From: Squalus acanthias
Lineage: Eukaryota
Assembly (NCBI GenBank): GCA_030390025.1
Contig: CM059431.1
Coordinates: forward strand, 148,864,001-148,928,000
Direction of reading: 5' to 3'
Length of the DNA stretch: 64,000 nt
Each line of letters begins with the position of its first letter. Within the stretch, counting starts at the first letter, position 1. A program made the position numbers and the translations under genes. Shown here in pieces: positions 1 to 10,045 of the stretch. The notes under the pieces are model-generated. The model was not told where the DNA came from. It searched no databases and saw nothing but the letters and a program-made list of their open reading frames with translations.

Positions 1-114
1 AAACAATTGAATCTTGGTAAAACTGTATCAGCTTCAGAATCAATAGCTGACAGAAGAACGGATGGGATGGGGAATGATAAGGAGGGAAATACAGTTAAAC
101 ATGATTTATAGAAA

Positions 115-376
115 TAATAGCTGGATACAAAGACTTAGCAGGGACACCGACGGTAGCGAGGTGGTGTGTGGAGAGTAATTAACAGAGACTTACCAGGAAC
201 ACCAAAAGCAGCGAGGATGTGCAAGTCTTTTTAAAGAACAACTATTGCATCAACAAAGATGCAACAACTTAAAACACAGAATACCAAAAATAACTGAGGA
301 TGGCATCGTAAATAGCAAGAATAATATTACAGTGTAACATAGTTTATAGAATTAATAACTGGACATAGACACTTAC
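115..376 (-). repeat. Degenerate tandem copies of the exon-1 3' end plus splice donor at the intron start of GPCR paralog C
   Basis: Minus strand reads ...ctcgctgcttttggtgttcctg|gtaagtctctg (donor at 189-193) and ...ggtgtccctgctaagtctttgtatccag (~120-150). Same unit as 21975-22185 and 59692-59950. Confidence 0.75.
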
Positions 377-422
377 TAGAAACACTAACAGCAGCGAGAA
401 GGGGATAGTAAACCTTTGGTAA

Positions 423-1499
423 ACCCTCCCCTCCCCTTTCAGCATTCCGAAGGAAACGCTCCCTCCAGAACACCCTGCTCCACTCCTCAATCACTCACAA
501 CAGCGCCTTCCCTCCCTACGGTACCTTCCCGTGTAAGTGCAGGAGATGCAACACCTGTCGTTTGACGTCCTCCCTTCCCAATGTCCAGGGCCCCAAACAA
601 TCCTTCCAAGTGAAAAAGCGATTTACTTGTACTTCTTGCAATATTGTATAAGGACATAAGATCAGAAGAAATAGGAGCAGGAGTAGGCCATTTGACCCCT
701 CGAGCCTGCTACTCTATTTAATGAGATCATGACTGATCTGATCTTGGGATCAGCTCCAATTCCCTGCCCGCTCTCCATAATCTTCACTCCCTTATTGTTC
801 AAAAATCTGTCTATCTCCACCTTAAATATATTCAATGAACCAGCCTCCAAAGTTCTCTGGGGCAGAGAGTTCCACAGATTCCATACCATCTCAGGGAAGA
901 AATTCCTCCGCATCTCAGTTTTAAATCGGCGACTGTATTCGCTGCTGACGATGCCGTCTCCTCTACACTGGGGAGAACAAACGTAGATTGGGTGATCGGT
1001 TTGCGGAACACTTCTGTTCAGTCCGTAACCTTGACCCCGAGCTTCTGCATGCCTGTCACATTAATTATCTGGTCCCCTCCCACTCTGACCTCTCTGTCAT
1101 CGAATTCTTACAGTGTTCCAATGAAGCTCAATTTAAGCTCGAGGAACAGCACTTCATCTTTCTATTCGGGACTTTACAGACTTCTGGACTCAACATTGAG
1201 TTCCTCATTTCAGACCATAAACAAGGCCTCTATTATTTTCAGACAGCAGCTGTTGATATTTCTCCCATCCCCATTTGCAACAATTAACCACTCCTGCCTT
1301 CCACCCTGTCACAGACCTTCCCTTTCCTTCCTTCCTCCCATACTCCCTTTCCTTGCCCCTGCACCTGCTTTAAATCAGCGACGTCTCTAACTTTTTCCAG
1401 TGCTGACTAAGTGTCACAGACCTGGAACGGTAATACTGTTTCTCTCTCCACGGATGCTGCCTGACATGCTGAGTGTTTTTTTTACATTTTCTTTTTATT
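423..1499 (+). mobile_element. Penelope-like element, 3' portion (GIY-YIG endonuclease region plus pLTR-type tail)
   Basis: Translates as FTCTSCNIVY/CIRC..LLYTGENKRRLGDRFAEH...KLEEQHFIFLFGTLQTSGLNIEF, the GIY-YIG pattern. Tail 1390-1499 carries a degenerate hammerhead-like motif. Confidence 0.85.
651..932 (-). mobile_element. CR1 LINE 3' end nested inside the Penelope endonuclease region
   Basis: ORF 662-913 MRRNFF...WNSLPQR...FKVEIDRFL is the CR1 ORF2 C-terminus, with the CR1 3'UTR. It interrupts VY|CIRC of the host element. Confidence 0.9.
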
Positions 1500-1639
1500 A
1501 TTCCAGAGTACTCTTGTTAACTGCCACTGTTCAAGAATAATTTCCGTCGAGATCCTCGAGCCCACAACATCCCTTTTTTGAGCGGCTGGTGATCTTTGTT
1601 CTGGACGCAACGCGCTGATTGTGTGAGGTCACAGAGTGA

Positions 1640-1735
1640 ACTGTGCTCCTAATTTAGAGCAGAGGGATTTCCCCTAGTGACATCATTAGGCCTCACTGTT
1701 ATTGGCATTAATTACATTCATTGAACAAACAGACT
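1640..1735 (-). promoter_or_regulatory. Putative promoter of GPCR paralog C
   Basis: cattaattacattcattgaacaaaca (1706-1731) matches cattaattacagtcagtgaacaaaca of promoter A. gggatttccc (1664-1673) lies at the position of gggaaaccc in A. Confidence 0.55.
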
Positions 1736-1809
1736 CATTGATCCATTATCACCCCAACATTTCACTGCAACACAATCCAGCTCACATTATGCACGACATT
1801 TCATCCTTC

Positions 1810-2195
1810 CACAGTCCAGGAATTTAATTCCCAGGGCTGCTTAGATTAAACTGTTACTGCCTCAGTCCAGGAACTTAATTCCCACAGCTGCCTATATTAC
1901 ACTGCTCCCGCCTAATTCCTGGAGTTTCATTCCACGGCCAGCATGATTACACTGCTCCCACCTCATAACAGGAATTAAATTACTTGCTCCGCCTAGATTA
2001 CGCTGCTCCCACTTCAGTCCAGGAATGTCATTCCCAGGGCCACCAAATTTACACTGCACCCGCCTCATAACAGGAATTTAATTCCTTGGGATGCCTAGAT
2101 AACACTGCTACTGCTTCAGTACAGGAATTTCATTCCCAGGACTGCCGAGGGTACATGTTCCCGCCTTAGTCCAGCAACTTGATTCCCAGGGCATT
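1810..2195. repeat. 51-bp tandem repeat, about 7.5 copies
   Basis: Unit ~cagtccaggaatttaattcccagggctgcctagattacactgctcccgcct; consecutive starts at 1812 and 1863. Confidence 0.9.
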
Positions 2196-2299
2196 CTATT
2201 TGCCTGAATCTAGAACAAGAACAACAAGATAATTGTAATGATTGACCTCAACCAGCCAATCTTGTAATGGTGCTTTACAGAGGGGGAGAAAATAAAAAA

Positions 2300-3955
2300 A
2301 TAAGAACATAAGAACAGAAGAAATAGGAGCATGCGTAGGCAATTCGGTCCTTCGAGCCTGCTCCACCAGTCAATGAGGTCATGGCCGATCTTCTGCCTCA
2401 ACTCCATTCAGCGGCCCTATCGCCATATCACTTGATGCCCTTACTAGTCAGAAATCTATCGACTTCTGTGTTGAATATTCCCAATGACTGAGACTCCACA
2501 GCCCTCTGGGGTAGAGAATTCCAAAGATTCACTATTCGCTGTGTGAAGAAATGTCTTCTCATCTCAGTCCTGAATGTCCTACCCTTTATCCTGAGGCTGT
2601 GACCCCTGGTTCTACACTGCCCAGCAAAGGGAAACATTCTCCCAGAATCCACACTATCAAGCCCTGTACCAATATCGTATGCTTCAATGAGATTTCCTCT
2701 CATTCTTCTGAATTCAAGTGAATAAAGGCTTAGTTTACTCAATGTCTTCTCATACGACAGTCCCGCCAATCCCAGGAATCAATCTCGTGAACCTTCGTTG
2801 CACTCCCTCTATGGCAAGTATATCCTCCCTTAGGTAAGAAGACCAAAATTGTACACAGTACTCCAGGTGTGGTCTCACCAAGGCCCTATATAATTGGATT
2901 AAGACTTATTTACTCCTGTACTCTAATCCTCTTGTAATGAAGTCCAGTATACCACTTGTCTTCCTATTGGCTTGCTGCACCTGCACATTCACTTTAATGA
3001 CTCATGTACAAGAACACCCTCGTCCCTTTGAGCATCTGCATTCCCCAACCTTTCGCCATTTAGGAATTACTCTGCCTTACTGTTTTTTTTCTACCAAGGT
3101 GAATAAATTCACATGTATCCACATTATATCCCATCTGCCATGTTCTCGCCCACTCACTGAGCCTGCCGAGATCCCTGTGAAGCCTCTTCACATCATCTTC
3201 GCAACTGACACTGCCACCTAGCTTTATATCATCAGCAAATTTGGAAATGTTCCATTTCGTCCCCTCATCCAAATCATTGATATAGATTGTGAATAGCTGG
3301 GGCCCAAGCACCGATCCTTGCAGTACCCCACTAGTCACAGCCTGCCATCCTGAAAAAGACCCGTTTATCCCTATTCTTTGTTTTCTCTCTGTTAACCAAT
3401 TTTCAATCCATTCAAGTATATTACCCCCAATTCCATGTGCCCCAATTTTGTTCACCAACCTCTTTTGTGGGATCTTATCGAAGACCTTCTGAAAATCCAG
3501 ATACACCACATCTACCTGTTCCCCTTTGTCTACTCCACTAGTTACATCGTCAAAAACTCCAGTAGGTTTGTCAAACAGAACTTCCCTTTCATAAATCCAT
3601 GTTGACTCTGCCCATTCTTACTATTAGTTTCTAAGTGCCGAGTTATTGCATCCTTAATATTAAATTCCAGCATTTTCACTACTACTGATGTGAGGCTAAC
3701 AGGTCTGTAGTTCCCCGTTTTCTCACTTCCTCCTTTCTCAAATACCGGGATTACATTTGCTATCCTCTAACCTGCAGGATCCGTTCCAGAGTCTACAGAA
3801 TTTTGGAAGATGACAACCAATACATCAACTGTCCCAATGACCACCTCTTTCAAAATCCTAGGATGTAGGTCATCCGGTCCTAGCGATTTATCGACTTTGA
3901 GACCCATTAATTTTGCTAGTGCTGTTTTTTTACAAATAATAATTTCTTTAAGTAC
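2300..3955 (-). mobile_element. CR1 LINE, 5'-truncated (RT region plus 3'UTR)
   Basis: VYLDFQKVFDKIP...[14 protein letters not shown]...KFADD in ORF 3060-3509; CR1 C-terminus in ORF 2428-2769; tail repeats at 2300-2325. Confidence 0.95.
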
Positions 3956-4089
3956 CTCAAAAAATAAAACGAGAAAAGGTTTGACACCAAGGAATCAAAA
4001 AAAACGCTTAAAATAATAAGCAATGAGATAAATAGCCTGTAACCGTCTTAATACTCCTTGAAACGCTCTGCAAAGATTGAATTCTCGCA

Positions 4090-4430
4090 CAATCATAGTC
4101 GTAGAACCATACCTAGCATTCAACATTGCCGACTCCTGCATCACCATCTCAGGGTATATATGCATTTCCACCAGCAGGACAGACTCACCAGAGTCGGGGG
4201 AACAGGCATATACAGTCGGCTGGGAGAGATCCTGCGAGTCCTCAACATTGCCTAAGGAAATAATGAAATCTCATGTCTTCCAGTCAGACATGGGCAAGTT
4301 AACTTCCTGCTGATTACCACCCACCGCCCTCATTCTGCTGATGAATCATCACATCTGCAAACAAGCGATCAGATTATTTCAAAGCAGTCATATCCTGTCG
4401 TGAATGGTAGTGAACAATTAAGATGTTTCC
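4090..4430 (+). mobile_element. Fragments of the second LINE family (endonuclease region)
   Basis: Similar to the 5' part of the LINE at 40580-43160, e.g. cctgctgattaccacccaccgccctcattctgctgatgaatca. Confidence 0.6.
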
Positions 4431-4496
4431 ACATAGTCCTGAAAATTTTTCCTTTACAAGAATATATCGAATTACCTTTTGAAAGTTACTAGTAAT

Positions 4497-5605
4497 AAAG
4501 AAAGACTTGCATTTATAGAGCGCCTTTCACGACCTTGGGATGTCCCAAAGCACTTCACAGCTAAAGAAGTACTTTTGAAGTGAAGTCAGTGTTGTACTCT
4601 AGGAAACACGGCAGCCAGTTTGTGCACAGCAATTTCCCATGTACAGCATTGCAATAAAGACAGGTCATCTGGTTTAGTGATGTTGATTGAGATACATATT
4701 GGACAGAACACTCCGGATATCTCCGCTGCTCTTCTTCTTATGGTGCCATGGGATCATCTACATCCACCTGAGAGAGCAGACATGGCTTTGGTTTAAAGTC
4801 GCATCCGAAAGACGGCCCCTCCGACAAGACATTACTCCCTCAGCACAGCACCTCCGACAGTGCAGCCCTCCCTCAATACGGCCCCTCTGACAATGCAGCG
4901 CACCCTCAGTACTGCCTCTTCAACAGTAGAGCGCTCCCTCAGTAATGCCACTCTGACAGTGCAGCAATCCCTCATTAATGTCAAACCGTCAATACAGTGC
5001 TACCTCAGTATTGCCCCTCCAATATTGCAGCGCTCCCTCAGTGCTGACCCTCCAACACGGCAGCGCTCCCTCCGTACTGCCCCTCCGTCAGTGCAGCGCT
5101 CCCTCCGTACTGCCCCTCCGACAGTGCAACGCTCCCTCAGTACTGACCCTCCGTCAGTGCAGCGCTCCCTCTGTACTGCCCCTCCGACAGTGCAGCGCTC
5201 GCTCAGTACTGCCCCTCCAACATTGCAGCGTTCCCTCAGTACTGCCCCTCCAACATTGCAGCGCTCCCTCTGTACTGACCCTGCAACAGCGCAGCGCTCC
5301 CTCCGTACTGCCCCGTGGACTGTGCAGCGCTCCCTCAGTACTGACCCTCCGTCAGTGCAGCGCTCCCTCTGTACTGCCCCTCCGACAGTGCAGAGCTCGC
5401 CCAGTACTGACCCTCCTACAGTGCAGTGGTCTTTCAGTACTGAATCTCCGACAATTCAGTCAGCCCTTCGTACGGACCCTCTGACAGTGCAGTGCTTCCT
5501 AAGTACTGCACTGGAGTTTCAGTTCAGATTTTTGTACACACGTCACTGGAATGGGATTTGAAACTATGACCTTATGATTTAGAGGCGAGTTTGCTGCAAA
5601 CTGAA
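4497..5605 (-). mobile_element. tRNA-derived DeuSINE (SacSINE1-like) with internal minisatellite expansion
   Basis: 3' tail aaagacttgcatttata...cctttcacgac and Deu-domain gtgccatgggatc...catccgaaagacgg at 4500-4815; tRNA-like head at ~5510-5605. Colinear with the unexpanded copy at 61205-61630. Confidence 0.8.
4815..5510. repeat. 33-bp minisatellite (ccgacagtgcagcgctccctcagtactgcccct), about 21 copies
   Basis: Directly visible; produces the 11-aa repeat ORF TVQRSLSTAPP. Confidence 0.95.
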
Positions 5606-6617
5606 ACTATTGAATCTGCTTCCACCAGCATTTCCAAGAGTGCATTCCAGATTATCTTATTGCGTGATCAAGGTTCGTCCATTGGGTAATGACAAGCCAG
5701 CCAGTGGAAACAGATTCTCCTTACTTACTGTAACAAATCCTTTTACATTTTGAACACTTCTATTCAATATCCCCCTAGACTTATCTGCTCTGGCGAAGAA
5801 ACCCTGCTTCTCCAGTCTCTCCACATAACTGAAGTTGGATTCAAAACTGGCTCGGAGACAGGAAGCAGAGGGTTATGGTTGATGGGTGTTATTGTGAATG
5901 GAAGGCAGTTTCCAGTGGGGTTCCGCAGGGCTCGGTACTAGATCCCTTGCTTTTTGTGGGAAATATCAACGATCTTGATTTGAATATAGGGGGTATGATT
6001 ATGAAGTTTGCAGATGATTCTGAAATCGGATGTGTGGTTGATACTGAAGAAGGAAGCTGTAGACTGCAGGAAGATATCAATACATTGATCAGGTGGGCAG
6101 AACAGTGGCAAATGGAATTCAATCCGGAGAAGTGTGACGTAAGCGTTTGGGCAGGGCTAAAAAAGGAAAGGGAATACATATTAAATGGTAGGACACTGAG
6201 TAGTGTAGAGGAACAACGGGATCTTGGAGTGCATGTCCTTAGATCCCTGAAGGTAGCAGGCCAAGTAGATAAGGTGGTTAAGAAGACTTACGGAAAGCTT
6301 GCCTTTATTAGACGTGGCATAGCATACCAGAGCAGGGGGGTTATGCTTCAACTGTATAAAACACCAGTTAGGACTCAGCTAGAATACTGCATGCAGTTCT
6401 GGTCACCACATTACAGGAAAGATTTGATTGCAGTAGAGAGGGTACAGACGAGATTTACAAGGAAGTTGCCGGGAGTAGAAAATCTTAGCTATGAGGAAAG
6501 ATTGGATAGGTTGTGTCTGTGTTCCTTTGAACAGGGGAGGCAGAGAGGAGACCTTATTGAGGTGTGTAAAATTATGAGTGGCATAGATAAAGTGGATACA
6601 GAGGACCTATTTCCCTC

Positions 6618-6858
6618 AGAGTGATTATATCTCTGCCGAGGTGTGATAAAGGGCAGTTGGAAAGATTAACTGTAATCATCTGGCTGTGTTCTCTGACTAT
6701 ATATGCTGTGCCTATATATATCGCTTCACTTCACCTGACGAAGGAGCAGCGCTCCGAAAGCTTGTGATTTCAAATAAACCTGTTGGACTATAACCTGGTG
6801 TTGTGCGACTTCTCACATTTGTCCACCCCAGTCCAACACCGGCATCTCCACATCATGG
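6618..6858 (+). mobile_element. 241-bp Penelope pLTR / retrozyme-like insertion with 11-bp target-site duplication
   Basis: Flanked by ctatttccctc at 6607-6617 and 6859-6869; contains a hammerhead core and AATAAA. Confidence 0.8.
6731..6767 (+). ncRNA. Minimal type I hammerhead ribozyme
   Basis: tcac-CTGACGA-a-ggagc(agc)gctcc-GAAA-gc-TT-gtga: intact core, 4-bp stem I (tcac/gtga), 5-bp stem II, palindromic AAGCTT helix III region. Confidence 0.85.
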
Positions 6859-7514
6859 CTATTTCCCTCGGCAGAGGTGTCAGAAACCAGGGGGCACAGA
6901 TTTAAAGTAATTGGTGGAAGGTTTAGAGGGGATTTGAGGAGAAATATCTTCACCCAGAGGATTGTGGGGGTCTGGAACTCACTGCCTGAAAGGGTGGTAG
7001 AGGCAGAAACCCTAATCACATTTATGAAGTACTTGGATGTGCACTTGGGATGCGCTAACCTGCAGGGATACGGACCAAGATCTGGGAGGTGGGATTGGGC
7101 TGGATAGCTCATTGTTGGCCGGCGCGGGCAAGATGGGCCGAAATGGCCTCCTTTCGTGCTGTAACTTTCTATGATTCAATGATTCTATGATTCTATGAAC
7201 TGCAATTCCTCACCCCTGGTGTCATTAATGATAAATAAGCTCCACACAAGCGCCAGACGATGACCACCTCCAAAAAGAGAAAGTCTAACCTTGACAGTCA
7301 TTGGCATTGCAATCACCGAATCCTCCACCTTCAAAATCCTAGGGGTCGCTATTGATCAGAATATCAACTGGACCAACCACATAAATGACGTGGCTACTAC
7401 AGCAGGTCAGATGCTGGGTATTCTGCGGCGAGTAACTCAACTCCTGACTCCCGAAAGCATCTCCAACAACTAGAAGCCAAGAGTGCTATGGAATACTATA
7501 TGTAAACACCGAAT

Positions 7515-7815
7515 AGATTAGTATGGTCGTTATGTTACTGGATTAGTACTCCAGTGATCTGGACTAATAAACTGTTGAGACTTGAGTCAAAATCCCACGA
7601 GGACAGCTGGGGATTTTAAATTCAGTTAATAAATACATTTGGAATTAAAAATCTAGTATCAGTAATGGAGATTATGAAACTACAACACTGTCAGAAAAAT
7701 CCAACTAGTTAGATTACGTCCTTTAAGGATGGAAATCTGCCTTCCTTAACTGGGCTACCCATATGTGGTTGACTCTTAACTGCCCTCTGAATTGGGCAAG
7801 CAAGACACTCAGTTG
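7515..7815 (+). mobile_element. tRNA-derived SINE (family with the second-LINE-type 3' tail), diverged
   Basis: Homologous to the minus-strand copies at 17350-17750 and 22935-23225, e.g. gtcctttaaggatggaaatctgcc. Confidence 0.7.
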
Positions 7816-8139
7816 TTCCAAAGTCAGACATTAGGGAGTACCTTCACCACAAGGACTGCAGTGGTTCAAGGCACTGTTTCAGCACTCCCTTCTGAAGGGC
7901 AAATAGGGATTGGCTGGCTTTGCCAGCGATACCCACACTCCATGAATTAAACATATTCAAACTAAGTCTGCAAAATAAGCAGGTTCTAAGGGGTCATATT
8001 CAGGACAAGATTAGAATTTGTGAACGAACATTACTGGTATCATATTATGGAAGGACAGATATGGGGGCCTAGAATTTCCGATTCGAAACGATCTGTTTTG
8101 TGCAGTTGCCCGAGAAGGAATTTCTAGTCACTTTTGGTT

Positions 8140-8406
8140 TCACCATTCTTTCTCTTTGAAAAGCCTGTGTAACTGGCCCTGTCTCTTTAAAAAGCATGCG
8201 TGACTGGCCATGTCTCTTTAAACAGCCTGTGTGACTGGACATGTTTCATTTAAAAGCTTGTGACATTGGTCATGTCTCATTAAAAAGCCTGTGTGACTGA
8301 TCATGTCTCTTTTAAAAGCCTGTGTGACTGGTCCTGACTGTTTTAAAAGCCTTCGTGGCTGGTCATGTCTATTTAAAATGCCTGTGTGACTGGTCATGTC
8401 TCTTTA
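8140..8406. repeat. 31-bp tandem repeat (aaaagcctgtgtgactggtcctgtctcttta), left part of the array
   Basis: Visible periodicity; the array resumes after the CR1 at 12969. Confidence 0.9.
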
Positions 8407-8952
8407 GAAAGGAGTCGGCAGCCCCGGTTAAGGCAGAGGATAAAGAGCACGGGAGGCCGAGGACAGCGAACCTGAAAGGAGTCGGCAGCCCCGGAGAAAG
8501 CAGAGGATAAGTCAGAGCAGCTGAAGGCAGTTCAATAGGGAAAGTAGGCCTATTAAAACACGCTTCGCAGTGCGATCTGCACAGAGTGCTGAGAGTTGGT
8601 TGAGTGAGGGAGTTAGGTGGTTGAGGAGTGGAAGGAGGAGCTCCCTTGCTTCGCCTTTGCTTTCCCTAACTTTACACTCTGCAGGATTTTGTTCTTACTT
8701 TACACCCAGGAAAGAGTCCGAGAGCGGGAGCAGTCAAACAACAACAACTGCAAAACCGCTAAATTGACGTCACAGCCAGTGAAGGAGAAGATTGGTAAGT
8801 AGGACCTGTTCAGTATTTCTACAGTCCAGTCGTTAAAGTAAAATTAAGGTCTCTAGTTTAGAGTGAGTAGTGTTTAAACTGAAGGACGGTCCCTAGTGTA
8901 TTTAATATTATTTAATTTAGAGGAAATAAAGATAGTAAATTGAGGGTAGGAC

Positions 8953-9744
8953 ATGGCAGGGCAGCTCGGCAGCGTCGAGTGCTCGTCCTGTGCTATGTGG
9001 GAAGTCAGGGACACTCTCGGTGTTCAAGGCGAACACGTGTGCAGGAAGTGTCTCCAGCTGCAGCTACTCGAAATACGCGTTTCGGAGATGGAGCTGCGGC
9101 TGGATTCACTGTGGATCATCCGCGAGGCTGAGATCTTAGTGGATAGTACATTTAACCAGGTGGTCACAACGCAGGTAAAGAGTGCACAGGCAGAAAGGGA
9201 ATGGGTGACCTCCAGACAGAGTGACAGAACTAGGAAGGTAGAGCAGGAGTCCCCTGTCTCCATGTCCCTCTCCAGCAGATATTGCGTTTTGGACACTGCT
9301 GGGGGAGATCGTTTGTCAGGGGAATGCAGCAAGTTCCATGTCCTTGGCACTACGAGTGACTCAGCTGCACAGGAGGGGAGTAAAAAGAGTGGGAGAGCAA
9401 TAGTGATAGGGGATTCTATCGTAAGGGGAACATATAGACTTTTCTGTGGCCGCAGACGTGACTCCAGGATCGTTTGTTTCCTCCCTGGTGCCAGGGTCAA
9501 GGATGTCACTGAGCGGCTGCAGGGCATTCTGAAGGGGGTATGTGAACAGCCAGAGCTCGTGGTCCTTATTGGTATCAACGACATATGTAGAAAGAGGGAC
9601 GAGGTCCTGCAAGCAGAATCTAGGGAGCTGGAAAATACATTAAAAAGCAGGACCTCAGAGGTAGTAATCTCAGGATTACTCACAGAGCCAATTGCTATCG
9701 AGAGCAGAATCAGGAGAAAAGACCAGGCTGGAGACATGTTGTAG
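8953..9744 (+). pseudogene. CR1 ORF1p (zinc finger/leucine zipper plus SGNH esterase domain), frameshifted near the C-terminus
   Basis: CSSCAMWE...HVCRKC zinc finger; IVIGDSIVR and FLPGARVKDV...IGINDI esterase blocks. Confidence 0.9.
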
Positions 9745-10045
9745 GAGGGAGGGATTTAAGTTCCTGAGGAATTGGGACCGATTCTGGGGAAGGTGGGAAC
9801 TGTACAAGCAGGACTGATTAAACCTTCTCAGTACCGGGACCAATATCATCGCAGGTAGTTTTTCCAGTGCTGTTGGGAAGGATTTAAACTAGTTTCTAAG
9901 GGGGCTAGGAACCTTAGTGTGGGCCCAGAACGGAGAGAAAAAAAGCTGGAAGTGCAAGTTAGAAAAGTAGTCAGCAAAACTAGTAGCGAGCAGAAACAAA
10001 GGCCAACAGTAAAGAGGGTCAAATTGCAGAAAAAATATGAAACAG

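Larger units (their letters stand above)
377..1547 (-). pseudogene. GPR139/GPR142-like GPCR exon 1 (paralog C), split by a Penelope insertion; pieces 1547-1500 and 422-377
   Basis: Joining the two pieces gives TEIILEQWQLTRVLWN-LPKVYYPLLAAVSVS in one frame, then a phase-1 a|gtaagt donor at 376-371. No in-frame ATG (ACG at 1547-1545). Upstream motifs are homologous to the promoters of A and B. Confidence 0.7.
5835..7197 (+). mobile_element. CR1 LINE, 5'-truncated, interrupted by a hammerhead-containing insert
   Basis: ORF 5875-6624 SGVPQGSVL...KFADD; continues in 6877-7107; (attctatg)n tail at 7165-7197. Confidence 0.95.

Noticed and set aside
4860..5561. 233-aa mucin-like ORF (also ORFs at 43268-44761)
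   Set aside because: By-product of a stop-free 33-bp minisatellite; no splice or promoter support.
9024..9737. 237-aa minus-strand ORF
   Set aside because: Antisense shadow of CR1 ORF1.
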